From contig OZ037768.1 of NCBI GenBank assembly GCA_964035545.1, positions 496,001-560,000 on the forward strand: 64,000 nucleotides of DNA. Direction: 5' to 3'. The position numbers and the translations under genes are program-made. The notes below the pieces were generated by a model, which was given only the letters and a program-made list of their open reading frames with translations, was not told the origin of the DNA and made no database searches. Shown here one piece after another: positions 38,401 to 51,432 of the stretch (positions are counted from its first letter, which is position 1; each line of letters opens with the position of its first letter). This DNA is from Bugula neritina (lineage: Eukaryota > Animalia > Bryozoa).

Positions 38401-41400
38401 GATGTACTTACATTACAAAGGTACTTATACCAACAAAGGTACTTACACCACACAGACTTACACCACACGCCGACCAGAATGTGACTAGATGGTAACACAT
38501 AGAGTAGCATACAGGATAGAGTATACAGAGTAGAGTATACAGGGTAGAGTATACAGGGTAGAGTATACAGAGTAGAGTATACAGGGTAGAGTATACAGAG
38601 TAGAGTATACAGAGTATACAGAGTAGAGTATACAGAGTAGAGTATACAGAGTATACAGAGTATACAGAGTATACAGGGTAGAGTATACAGGGTAGAGTAT
38701 ACAGAGTAGAGTATACAGAGTATACAGAGTATACAGAGTATACAGAGTATACAGAGTATACAGAGTATACAGAGTATACAGAGTATACAGAGTATACAGA
38801 GTATACAGAGTATACAGAGTATACAGAGTATACAGAGTATACAGAGTATACAGAGTATACAGGGTAGAGTATACAGGGTAGAGTATACAGGGTAGAGTAT
38901 ACAGGGTAGAGTATACAGGGTAGAGTATACAGGGTAGAGTATACAGAGTATACAGAGTATACAGAGTATACAGAGTAGAGTATACAGAGTATACAGAGTA
39001 GAGTATACAGAGTATACAAAGTAGAGTATACCGAGTAGAGTATACAGGGTAGAGTATACAGAGTAGAGTATACAAAGTATAGTATACAGAGTAGAGTATA
39101 CAGAGTATACAGAGTATATAGAGTAGAGTATACAGGATGTGAGGTCACACTGCTCAAACAGACGCCAACAGCTGCTCTGACTAATCAGTCTAAATAGAGC
39201 GTACAGGAAGTGGAGAGTGATAATTGGCTAATCAATAGAGCAGCTCACTCTGAGTGCAGCAAAGCTGTGAGTAGAGAGATTAGCTGACTATTCTATACTC
39301 TGTCAGCTCAAGTTGATAAGTAAACTGTGTAAACTCACACTTGCTTACAGTATCCACCCCTGTGAGAACCCCTGATTAAGGGGGGGGGGTAAGCAAGCTA
39401 AGGACTGTGCCAGAAATATTTGATGAATTTATAACACAAACTAAACTAATTGTTACATAAGAATATACAGCTACTATAAAGGTGAGGAGATACAGGTGAG
39501 GATACAGGTGAGGATACAGGTGAGGATACAGGTGAGGATACAGGTAAAGTATAGACTGACCTGCAGTGCACACAGCAAACACCAGCTGTAGAGAGTCAAA
39601 GAATAGAAACATGATGAGTAGAGAGAGGGAGGCTCCTAGAGGCAGGAATATGGCTTGATATGAGTCCAGCGTAGAGACATCTGCAATATAATGATATAAT
39701 ATAATATAATACAGTATAAATATGTAACATGAGTTATATAATATAATATAGTATAATATAATATAGTATACAATGTAACATGAGGTATATATGTAGTTGG
39801 AGTGATTTCATATCCCTGAATGTGACAAGATTCAAGACAAATGACATTCTCTTGCCAAAAATGTTGGCGATGGGGGGTGGGAATATGACATGTGATATCT
39901 CTAACTGGTACTGTGTACTAACTACTAGTATTACTACTAACTACTAGTACTGTGTAGTGTGTACTAACTACTAGTACTATACTAACTACTAATACTATAC
40001 TAACTACCAGTACTATATTAACTACTAGTACTATACTAACTACTAGTACTACTACTAACTACTAGTACTGTGTAGTGTGTACTAACTACTAGTACTATAC
40101 TAACTACTAATACTATACTAACTACCAGTACTATATTAACTACTAGTACTATACTAACTACTAGTACTACTACTAACTACTAGTACTATACTAACTACTA
40201 ATACTATACTAACTACCAGTACTATATTAACTACTAGTACTATACTAACTACTAATACTATACTAACTACCAGTACTATATTAACTACTAGTACTATACT
40301 AACTACTAGTACTACTACTAACTACTAGTACTATACTAACTACTAGTACTACACTAACTACTAGTACTACACTAACTTCTAGTACTACACTAACTACTAG
40401 TACTACACTAACTTCTAGTACTATACTAATTACTAGTATTATACTAACTACTAGTACTACTACTAACTACCAGTACTACTACCAACACTGTTACCTGTAT
40501 TGCTGATGGAAGGATCTGCGTTTGTCTCTCCATCCTTGAGAGATGAGGCTTGCTCGTCATCACCAAGAGCTCTGTAAATCCAACAACAATACTCATACTA
40601 CCAGTTACCAGTACTCATACTATCAGTACTTACACTATTAGTACTTATACTATCAGTTACCAGTACTCATACTATCAGTACTCATACTATCAGTTACCAG
40701 TACTCATACTATCAGTACTTACACTATTAGTACTTATACTATCAGTTACCAGTACTCATACTATCAGTACTCATACTATCAGTACTCATACTATCAGTTA
40801 CCAGTACTCATACTATCAGTACTCATACTATCAGTTACCAGTACTCATACTATCAGTTACCAGTACTCATACTATCAGTTACTAGTACTCATACTATCAG
40901 TACTCATACTATCAGTTACCAGTACTCATACTACTCATTGGGTACTGACTCACCTGAAACTGCCGTAGACTATGAGTAGAATAGAAATAACAAATATGGA
41001 AAGCTTTGAAGTATCAAATAGACTCACACTCCTGCAACACAACACAGAAATAGTTAGAGTCAGTTAGACTCACTGTGAATATATAATAAAAGAGTCTTGG
41101 GCTACACAGAGCCGATGCAAAATTTGAAAAATATCAAGGCAAGGTAGCTTTTGAATTGCACTAAACTCTTGTTTATACTAAATGTGTAACTGAATATGTA
41201 ACTGAATGTGTGACTGAATTTTAGTCATTATTGCTGCAGTGGGAGTGACATCAACTCGCCCACCTGCTGGTGATGCTAAAGTTACTGCTAATAGATGGAG
41301 GTTGTTTAACACCAAAGAGTGTATTTAACGCTTACTATAACAAGTACTAAATTGTTGAGAGTCCAAGAGACAACAAAGACTAAAATAGGATTTTCAACTG

Positions 41401-44190
41401 GGTGCCAGATGTTGGCCCCAGCTCACTGCCCCTGTATCTCCCTATCAGCTAATTGCTGTAATTACTTATTCAGCCTTCATTATTAACATCTGAAGTACAC
41501 CCTGATAACAAAGGGGTGTCATGTAGCTACACCAGCAGATCCATAGGTTCCAGGGTGAACAAACCCATTACTACTCTCACAGTTCTATGTAGTTGGTTGT
41601 AAATTGCTCTCTCATTAGTTTAAAAAAACTATTTTTTCAAGTAACTCTCTTTTTATTCATTATTGTTGGCCCAGACTTTGCCTATATATTAGCCTATTAC
41701 ATCACACCAAAAGATAAGCACACTATGGACAAATGTTTCTAATCAAGTAATTGTGTTTCCAGCAATGATTTGATTATCGTACAGTATAAACTCCGAGACT
41801 ATTAGATTCTGCTAGTATTGGTTTCTCCGACAGGCTCTCTACTCTATTCTATGCAAAGGCACTGTGAAAACACACAGTTACAAGGCAAGTGGGGCATATG
41901 ATTGCATTCTCACACATCTCCCAGTGTACTGTTTGTCTATCACATATAGAACTGATTTGGAAGGAAACGTGTGCTGATGTTATCAGAGAGTACAATAGCT
42001 GCAGTAGCTGCATTAGCCAAGAAGGCCCAATTGCCCAAGACTTGTAAGGCTGGAGTTACAATCTGCTTAAGCTTAACTGAATTTACATAGTCTCAATAAC
42101 CTTAGACAAGTAAGACAAGCCCTGCGAGTATATATAGTTTAAAATTGATTTCAAATTCCTGAAATATATTCTCAATGCTAAATAGATGAAACTAATCGTG
42201 TGACCCCCTGGTAACCTTTAGATGTAGAGTAGTTATTACAGCCAAGTGTTGATGATGGGTGATGTTGACATGATAATGGGAACTAGGGTTCAGTAATGAG
42301 TAGCTAGTCATCAACTGTAGTCTAGTTGTCAGAGTGAATAACTGCGTCAGCAGTACTCAGTTAGTATTAGTACTCAGTTACTAGCAGTACTCAGTTACTA
42401 GCAGTACTCAATTAGTAGAAGTACTCAGTTATTAGTAGTACTCAGTAGTAGTTATGTAACTAAGAACTAGCTTGACAAGTGGGAGGTTGAGTCAACAGAG
42501 TTATTGGTAAAGAAAACAATATACACAGCTTCAACACATTAGGCAGCAGCCAAATAATAAACTATTGTGAATACAGTCTACTATTCACATTCTCCATATT
42601 CAATCAAGTTCAACTGCAAGTCATTTATTGAATAGCATAAAAACAAAAGACAGTAAACAGACTTACACTGGGGCAGTCTTAGCTCGAAGTCTCACGTTTT
42701 TACCCAGTTTTATGGTACCACCAGCCTTGAGTTCCTCGTACTGTGATTTGGTTAACATAATATGCTCCACGGCACCATTAGGTTGAACAGCTGCGACAGA
42801 CTCAGATTCAGCAGCAGAGAATAGAGGTGATGAAAGAATTTTACTAGGTGATTGTTTGGCAGAATCTAATGACCGAGAGAGTGTGTCTTTTTCTGAAGCT
42901 AACTTTTCCACAGTCAATAACGTGGCCAAGAAAATAACAAACATAGTGGATGTTGAGTGATTGTGAAAGTTAAACTGCCACACTGGCCATTTTAGCACAG
43001 GTCTCTTCATTGCGAGAATTCCGTAGTTCTTTTAAAGTGAGTCTACATAGACGAAGAGACACTTTGTCTTCATATGAAACACCAATAACCTAAAGAAAGA
43101 ATTAGAATTGAAGTGTTTTAGCATTATAATTATTAAGATGCTGATAGCATAACTTCATTCGAATTGCATGCTCATAGCCATAGTAATTAATAAGGGCTAC
43201 TTAGTATAGAGATTTATGATTTCAGGTCAAGATTTCCAATACGTTATTTACTTATTACTATTACTAATAGTGATTAGGAAATAACAGATGAGTTTCAACA
43301 GGAATTCTAAATAGTGATCCAGGGCAGAAAATTAAATTAAACTTTAAAACTCTGGCTACTCAAATAACTTGAGCATAATAAAACTGAAAACATGAACAAT
43401 TGTCATCACAAGATGATCATATTCATAGTATTGAATAATATCAACAGAGAAAACAAAACTTACCTAAAGACTGCTCAGCATAACCGTTCGAACGGTTAGT
43501 CGGCTTTACTTTGAGTTTCAGTGTTTGCTTAGCTGGTAGTATGGAGTTCGTGCCTAAAGTTAAAACTTGGTCAGTCACTGTCAGTAAAATATCCGCAACA
43601 GTGTGAGCATCAGTAAGAATATGACTAGAAGTAAAGATAAATTAAAATTGTGATTCTGGTCACCAAAAATGTGCACCTGAAAAGATTAGGAATTTAGATG
43701 CTCAGTCACTGTCAGATGTTTTTTGTTTTACTGTGAGTGTGACTATTATTATTAGTATTACTTAACTTATAACTTACAGCTATCTTCAACTGCTGAAGTC
43801 GCAACAGGAATGCCGAATGAGTCTATCCTAAATCAAAATTGAATAAAATTTTGCAGTTGCTGGTAAGCCGTGAGACTGAGAGCAAATCCAACGATCGCTA
43901 TGAGTTTGAGTATCAGTATGAGTATGACTATGACTACCAGTAGCACTATCACTATGATAATGACGATCAGTATCACAGTGACTTATCGTTATTGACGATG
44001 ATTATGTATCAATATTGTGATTCCAGGTCTAGTTTACAGTGTTATCCAAACGTGCGCCACAACTGATTCTAAATAGATAAAGTTACATAAAAACTCAAAT
44101 TGGCTAATGGTTGATAAACTGCCATTCACCAGCACTGCAACTCGCTTTATGTCTATTACAAATTTATCAACAGTAGTTTTGTTCTTCCAT
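32461..44190 (-). CDS. SPPL3: Signal peptide peptidase-like 3; exons 44168-44190 (tentative), 40954-41031, 40495-40571, 39561-39680, 36535-36613, 36268-36380, 33967-34073, 33686-33757, 33239-33373, 32852-32999, 32461-32648
   Basis: [29 protein letters not shown], catalytic YDVFW and [25 protein letters not shown]. The first exon (MEEQNYCW) is inferred from resemblance to vertebrate MAEQTYSW and has a non-GT donor; the rest of the gene is secure. Confidence 0.9.
33361..33535. repeat. 32-bp array, about 5.5 copies, acceptor plus 13 nt of SPPL3 exon 33239-33373
   Basis: Minus-strand unit TTAGTGTATATTTATACAG|GTTGGTGCTATAG. Confidence 0.92.
34168..35903. repeat. 12-bp array AGTAGTATATCT, about 1.7 kb, with higher-order structure
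   Basis: Direct inspection; a variant landmark recurs 640 bp apart. Confidence 0.95.
36654..37600. repeat. 30-bp array TGTAATACTAGGGTATGTGGAGGTATTCAC, about 30 copies
   Basis: Direct inspection. Confidence 0.95.
37805..39135. repeat. Two further SPPL3 intronic arrays: 11-bp GTATAGTATGT (37805-38040) and 9/14-bp AGAGTATAC/AGAGTAGAGTATAC (38516-39135)
   Basis: Direct inspection. Confidence 0.9.
39905..40935. repeat. SPPL3 intronic arrays ACTAACTACTAGTACTAT (39905-40480) and CAGTACTCATACTAT (40590-40935)
   Basis: Direct inspection. Confidence 0.88.
42663..43827 (-). CDS. Unrecognised small protein; exons 43778-43827, 43464-43553, 42663-42892; first exon possibly 44168-44190
   Basis: Three exons with canonical TTTAG/TTCAG acceptors and GTAAGT donors join in phase ([34 protein letters not shown]...[11 protein letters not shown]...[14 protein letters not shown]); AATAAA on the minus strand at ~42624-42629. 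No family recognised. Confidence 0.55.
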
Positions 44191-44249
44191 CACCAGCTTG
44201 GGTTATTTTTAGTCACGTGACAATAACATTTACTAAATTATCGAATGCT

Positions 44250-44745
44250 ATTGGATGATAATAATAAGATCACTCCAGGGGCAGTTTGCAAATGACCGAT
44301 TTGTCTCGAATCAGAGAGGAACATTCGGGTTGAAGTATTGGAGTTATTCGTTCATAATTTTGGTTTCGGGGAACAACTCTGAAATTACACAAAAGAATTT
44401 TAATACAAAATTTAGTTTGACGGAATTGGATCACCAAGAGAGCATGTCTTTCTTGAAACTAACTTTTCTAAAGTCAATAGCGTGGCCAAAAAAATAACAA
44501 ACACCGTAGATGTTGAGTGAAAGTCAAGCTGCCAGGCTGGTCATTTGAGCATTAACCTCTTCATTAAGAAAATTCCATAATTAAATTATGGAATTTTGCT
44601 TGAAAATATATATACAGCTACCTTGACTGTTATCTTCATATGAAATATCAATAGAAACTAGATCACTATTATATTAGCATGCTTATAGAGTGTCTGCTTT
44701 CAAATTGAATATTCATAGTAAGTGTGTTAGTCATATTAAGGGCTG
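44250..44745 (-). pseudogene. Decayed duplicate of the 42860-43200 segment of the unrecognised gene
   Basis: CGTGGCCAA(G/A)AAAATAACAAACA...GATGTTGAGTGA at 42921-42960 and 44481-44520 (offset 1560); similarity extends both ways with stops and indels. Confidence 0.55.
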
Positions 44746-45549
44746 TTTTAGAGATGTAGGAGGCTAAATAACAGTTATCACTAATTAGCAAGTAACATAT
44801 TTACAAACAATGAAATTGATTTATTAAATAATCACACTTTGGGATATGAATGTTTGTATAACAATTAGTTGTACATAAATATTACTACTGCTTACTGTAC
44901 ATATGCACAAAACCATTTCTTTATAGCAATTGAATACAACTAAACACAAAATGTAGTCTGGTTAACACAACAAATAAACACTGCATAGGCCATATGGACA
45001 TCCACCTTCTACAGTAACGGTATTGATGGTTTTTCATTAAATAAAATGGCATGAAAACAAACACCTGCATGGAAGATCAACTACTATCGGTCAAATTGCA
45101 ACAAACTATCCAATAGATAAAAAATAGAGCTTGTACTCGTAATCATTACCAAGTAACACAGCCAATCAAAGGAAGTAGAACACCATGTCATCCTATTGGC
45201 TATCACCTTAATCACACGATCAGAAGCCTTTTTAGATCTTCCCAATGACATTAGGGTGTTTGACTATGTTCCCTAGGTAGATTGGCCTAATGGTTTAATA
45301 TAAAACCAGTTCCATTATATTGTTGTATTTTTATACACAAGAATGTTACATTCCTTTATTTTTCTAGTTTTATATAAATATTGAGAATGGAGTCATAACA
45401 AAGACAATACTGTAATGAATTAATTTTGGTATGATATATACTCTCTACATATGATATATACTACTCTCTACATATGATATATACTACTCTCTACATATGA
45501 TATATACTACTCTCTACATATGATATATACTCTCTACACCCATTACACC

Positions 45550-47312
45550 TTAACTATCATGATAGTCATTCTCATCTACACCCGGGCAGATATAGTCTAA
45601 AATCTCGTCACGGGGAGACGATTTGCCAGGAGTCAAGGTCAACTTGCTACGTTTCTGACGAGCTCTGGCGTTCTGGAACCAGACCTGAATGACTCTCTTG
45701 GCTAAGCAGGCCAACACCGACAGCTCCTCTAAGGCCGTGCTGTCGGGATTCTTCTCCACGCTGAAAGCATTCTGCAGCAGCTGCAAGTATAATACAATGT
45801 GAATTGCTAACTTCTATCATGGCTATCAACTACAGTAGCCTGACTGATGAGATGACAAACCTTAGAGTTGTCTACTCCTGAGAACAACCTTTGTAGAACA
45901 AGAGCTGGGTTTGACTGTCCTTCACAAACGGTACTAATATTTACTTTTTGCAAAGCATAAAGCATGCATTTTCACATGGAAATAGAAATCATATTATATA
46001 CATAAAAAATCAGATAATACGTTGTACATATTATTCATAGAGGCTATACATATTTTTTGTTCATGCAGCATAAAAGATGTTGAAGAATGAGGAAATTTAC
46101 CAAAATTTGTTTTTCTGTAAATGTAGTTCTCAGCCGCTTCGTGTGTACCTTTCTAGAAAATTCTGTGCCTACAAATATTACAGTCTATGTTGTATTGGAA
46201 CATCAGTCTATGTTGTATTGGAACCTCAGTCTATGTTGTATTGGAACCACAGTATAACTAGAGTTGTATATACAGTATAACTAGAGTTGTATATACAGTA
46301 TAACTAGAGTTGTATATACAGTATAACTAGAGTTGTATAGAGCTGTAAAGCCACACCCACCAGTATCCACGGAGGCAGCAGAATTGCCACAGTAGTGGTG
46401 CTGTGTGCAGTGCACAGAGCAGTTCACAGAGAGACTATACTCTTCTCCAGTAGATAGCTGCCGTTTACATACGACACAGGAAAAGCACGCCAGATGGTAG
46501 ACGGTATGCGCTGATACCTTCCTGACCCAATCCTCACCGTTGACTATCCGCTTGCACCCGTTACACCTTCTCCCAACCAGCCTGGTGAAAGATAGAGAAA
46601 CATGCTTACAGTTGCGTGCTGGCACACAAGAAGGGATGTTACACTGCAGAGTCTGCACTCATCTGGTCGTATGCTGTATACTACACCACCAGCTTTAGGT
46701 GGCATTTAAGTGGCAGGTAAATAGTGGCATTTAAGTGGCAGGTAAAATAAAACACTTCTTCTGTAGTTCATTGGCTAGATGCATTGTGACAGCTGCCAAT
46801 GAGTTGCAACTGTTTGGCAGTTTAGTGAGAAATCACAAAACTGCCTAAATCAACACGATTCTAATAAAATATTATGCCACATGTTATCTCTTTACATTCT
46901 ACAAAATACGATCCTAACATATCATTTTTAACATTCAAACAATATTTATTACAAGTCAAAAGAATTGTAATTTTCGTCAAAATTACTAATTTTGCAAACG
47001 AAAAAATTGCTTGTTACTCCCATAGAATGATGTATAATAGCATATTTATTAGAATAATATTAACTTGTATTAGTGTGTATAATATTTACTATACGGACCC
47101 CTGTATACTTGTAGTAATTTGGGAAATACTTACTTATAATAATGTTTATTGCAGTAAATCTTTTGACTCCGAATGTAACAATACTTTTCGTGACTGAGCG
47201 ATGTTTTACAATGTGTACAAGATAAGCAGGTTGGGTGGTAGCACCCTACACCCTCAACTAGCAGTACTTCTTGCTCTAGGATATGCAGGCTACATAGTTT
47301 GCAGCTCAACAT
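45550..47312 (-). CDS. Lhx6/8: LIM-homeobox protein of the Lhx6/8 (Arrowhead) class; exons 47134-47312, 46361-46581, 46101-46168, 45550-45780
   Basis: Two LIM domains (CKLC...YHPTCLSCTHC...YCNKHY; CNGC...DWVRK...VYHLACFSCVVCKRQLSTGEEY) and homeodomain KRLRTTFTEKQILLLQNAF...NPD...RVIQVWFQNARARQKR. Confidence 0.88.
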
Positions 47313-48674
47313 TCTGTATATCACGTGCTGCAAGGCGGAGAAAATCTCTCTGCTTCGGTGGATGTTCACTTTTCTTACATTTATTTCACCTGGCAGGTGG
47401 AAATACAACTATCATTACATTCACTTATTGAAGATGCTGATATTAATACTCTTACAACTAGCATGGCTCATTGACGTGGGTCTCTTTCTTTCAGCTATAA
47501 GTTAGTTGGTTTCACATTAACAGCAGGCTAATTTCTACTTCTATACAACATGCATAATAGCAAAAGGTAGAAAGATCTTCTATGTGGCACAAACGTGATT
47601 GAGTGTGTAAAAAACTTACCTCATTACTTCATGTTTATCTGAAGACGAAGCAACTTTGGTTAAAGAACTTATAAAGACGTAAAGTCTTAAACCATACATG
47701 GGAGGTGAAAAGGCAGAATATGCAATGAACGGGTTTACAGTTTTATTATACCATCCCAGAGCAGATATTAATTTAATAAGTGGTTATCAGCAGAAATTAA
47801 ATAACACGTATCATTACAGGATTTAAAGGAGAAATAATTAAAGTTAATAGTCACGTAGGATTGAAAATACATCCACTGTATAATTATATTACAATATCTA
47901 TATTACGTTACACCTATACTATATAATTATATTATAACATGTACATTACGCTACACCTATACTATATAATTATATTATTATATCTATTGTTGATATAATC
48001 TAAACAGTTTAACATGATAATATATTATAGCAAGATGTCACGTAACTCATTTACAGGTAATTAATATAATTTAAAAAATCACTCAATACCCAAATTTAAT
48101 TTCATTGAAAGACAGTTTCTCTATACCACTAGTGCATACAGATGACAGTATAATAGATAGGTGGTAGTCGTGTATTCTGTTAGCTTGAGAACTCGTGTAT
48201 ACTCATAACCTGAGAACTTGTGTATACTCATAGCCTGAGAACTCGTGTATACTCATAGCCTGAGAACTTGTGTATACTTATAGCCTGAGAACTCGTGTAT
48301 ACTCATAGCTTGAGTAATCAATGCAGGATACCAATACTCACAGACTGACTGCTTACACGACTCCATTTCAAACTCATATACTAGAATGAGCTGCTGGTGA
48401 GCAATACGTGTTGGTTACTTAGACTATTAGCTGATAAATTATGAGAACGTAAGATGAATTGTAAAGTGAATATTTTTACATATTGGAGTTATCTCTCTTG
48501 ACACAGTAAGCTCCAAATAATATAATGTGTTCCTTTCCGACGTCACATGCAGATGTAGAACTGAATACAGGAAGTAGATGTAGAAGTGAATACAGGAAGT
48601 AGATGTAGAACTGAATACAGGAAGTAGTGTTGAACAGGAAAGCGAGTCCGCATTATTTAGACTGAAGGAATCCC

Positions 48675-51432
48675 TCAACTTGCGGCCAAGACCTGCTCCG
48701 GCATTGTCCTGGGGGGGAGCAGACCGTGCCTAAAACCAGAAGTGTAATGCCTGAAAGGAGTATGCTGATTGGCTAAGCAAACTGACAAATACACCTATTG
48801 GCTAAAATATAGACAGGAAGTAGATGAACGGGAGCCACTGATTGGTTGAGTTGGAGATAGTAGCTCAGCCCTGTGTAGGCTACACAACATGTAACAGTTA
48901 TTTACTATACTGGAGCTACACTGAATGAGAAATACTGATTCAAGCAGAACTTTGCATAGAAACAGCATTCGGAGTTGTCCCCCTGTGTAGTATAGTGATG
49001 TATTCACCTTCCGTAAAGGAGATATTATTAGTATATGGTTTCTTACAAGGGGATCTAGCAGAGAAAAAGTGAGTTTTCTTACAAAAGTAGTGTTTATTGG
49101 TTGACAGAATGAATAGTAGTAATAACCCAGGAGTAGTATAAATTAGTACTCACATATTGAGGAGGGATTCCACGTCTTCAGCAAAGAAATCCTCTCCTAA
49201 AGTGTCACCTAAGGCTACGAGGTTTCCAACCAGTTCACCTTTCTTATAGACAAGTAGAGCAGGTACCCCTTCTTCTGACTAGAGATATTATATAACACAT
49301 GGGTATATATATTATATAACATGTGGGTATATATATTATATAACATGTGAGTATATATATTATATAACATGTGAGTATATATATTATATAACATGTACAA
49401 CATATATATTATATAACAACTTACAAATTTAGAGCTAAGTTGAGCACGGTGGGCAAGAATTCTACAGAACTTTACAGTTGGGTGATCTTTGGAGAGAGTT
49501 TGAATACAGCCATTCATAGCTGTGGATGGAGCACTATTCTGTAACAAACATGGCATAGCTGTAGTTACACATGTAGTAGCTGTAGTTACACATGTAGTAG
49601 CTGTAGTTACACATGCAGTAGCTGTATTTACACATGTAGTAGCTGTAGTTATACATGTAGTAGCTGTAGTTATACATGTAGTAGCTGTAGTTACACATGA
49701 AGTAGCTGTAGCTATACATGTAGTAGCTGTAGTTACACATGCAGTAGCTGTATTTACACATGTAGTAGCTGTAGTTACACATGTAGTAGCTGTAGTTACA
49801 CATGTAGTAGCTGTAGTTATACATGTAGTAGCTGTAGTTACACATGTAGTAGCTGTAGTTATACATGTAGTAGCTGTAGTTATACATGTAGTAGCTGTAG
49901 TTATACATGTAGTAGCTGTAGTTACAAATGTAACAGTACCTGTTCGTATACGTGTATGATAACTGTAGTCATGGGATGGTTATTCTCGGTAGCTTCTAGA
50001 AACTCGTTGGCCGTTGCTAAGTCGGTGACTGAGTAGTACTGTGGCACATCCTGTGAGAGAACAACAATCTCTACAGTATATACAGTTAGTAGTATATGCT
50101 CTCTACAACATCCTCTAGAGAATATACAGTTAGTAGTATATATTCTATACAACATCCTCTACAGTATATACATTTAGTAGTATATACTCTCTACAACATC
50201 CTCTACAGTATATACAGTTAGTAGTATATACTCTCTACAACATCCTCTACAGTATATACAGTTAGTAGTATATACTCTCTACAACATCCTCTACAGTATA
50301 TACAGTTAGTACTATATACTCTCTACAACATCCTCTACAGTATATACAGTTAGTAGTATATACTCTCTACAACATCCTCTACAGTATATACAGTTAGTAG
50401 TATATACTCTATACAACATCCTCTACAGTATATACAGTTAGTACTATATACTCTATACAACATCCTCTACAGTATATACAGTTAGTACTATATACTCTAT
50501 ACAACATCCTCTACAGTATATACAGTACCCTCAATAACTTTCTCATTTCCTCCAGTCTCTTCTGCTGATATTCTCTCAGGAAGTCATCGTCTAGACATTC
50601 CAGTTCCTGCCAGAGCTCTTCGTCTGCATCCTTCTCCTTCTCATCGTCCAGCTACAAAATCACTTGAGAGGTCATTTACGCGACCAGATTATTCTAGCAG
50701 CTGAACAAATGGTGATGCCATAGAAACACTCGTTAGGAAAGACTTTATTAAAACAAAACATAATTTGACTTTTAGACAAAGTTGTGATTTTAAAATGTAA
50801 TAAATTCATCTGGTTGGAAGCTTCTAATTAATGACTTGAATTATTTGTCAATTTCAATTTTCTTAAAAGCTACATTAAGTCTTTTTCAATTTGAAATCAC
50901 AGATTACTAGGTTATTTAGAAACTTACATTTGACCTACATGTAAGTGAGAGTTTCTTCTGTAAGTCTACCAACTCCCTCTCCTGCTCTTCACGCTTCTCT
51001 GTTTCCAGCTGCTTGAATCTTCTCCAGTCAGCTATCACACCTTTTGGGCCAGTCTAATACAATTCACAGATTACTTGAGAGACAAAAAATAGAAAGGGCA
51101 CAACCCACAAGATATCCCATTTACCAACAATAATCATGATTGAAAATTACATGTTGGAAACATTGAAATAATTGGGAATGTCTAAAAAAGATAAATTATT
51201 TATTTTTGGAAGAAAAAATGACTTATATGAGAATCTTTACTGCCAGATGTAGAAAGTTAAGTGTAATAAAGAGTAAACTGACATTAGTAGAAAGGCCGGG
51301 TTGGCCAGCTGCCTGACTAGATTTAGCATTAGTTATTTCTTTTCCTTCCTCCGACTCATCTTCACTACTACTGCAGTAATAGTGCATCTTCTCACCCATC
51401 AATTTATCATCTACGCTCAGGGATCCGGCCAT
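48675..51432 (-). CDS. PDCL: Phosducin-like protein (PhLP1); exons approx. 51283-51432, 50928-51053, 50529-50652, 49940-50051, 49425-49538, 49155-49279, 48675-48729
   Basis: DDKLMGEKMHYYCSSSEDE, NTGPKGVIADWRRFKQLE, VIIHVYE, AMNGCI, VKFCRI, VPALLVYKKGELVGN, FFAEDVESLL. Confidence 0.94.
49285..50527. repeat. PDCL intronic arrays: 24-bp (49285-49417), 21-bp GTAGCTGTAGTTACACATGTA (49555-49928) and 44-bp (50069-50527, starting at the donor)
   Basis: Direct inspection. Confidence 0.88.

Noticed and set aside
41259-41276. GC-donor micro-exon as an SPPL3 5' exon (also an ATG with phase-2 GT near 41883-41908)
   Set aside because: No resemblance to the SPPL3 N-terminus and weak signals; not fully excluded without RNA data.
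42893-43010. Single-exon reading of ORF 42663-43010 (MKRPVLKW...)
   Set aside because: The spliced model using the acceptor at 42893 fits the upstream exon phases better; the 5' part is probably intronic.
44165-44169. TGA as selenocysteine or read-through in MEEQNYC*
   Set aside because: It is followed immediately by TAA; no SECIS was evident.
45861-45921. Possible extra Lhx6/8 exon with an apparent frameshift (SRQL*)
   Set aside because: Exon 46101-46168 already supplies KRLRTTFTEKQIL in phase with the last exon.
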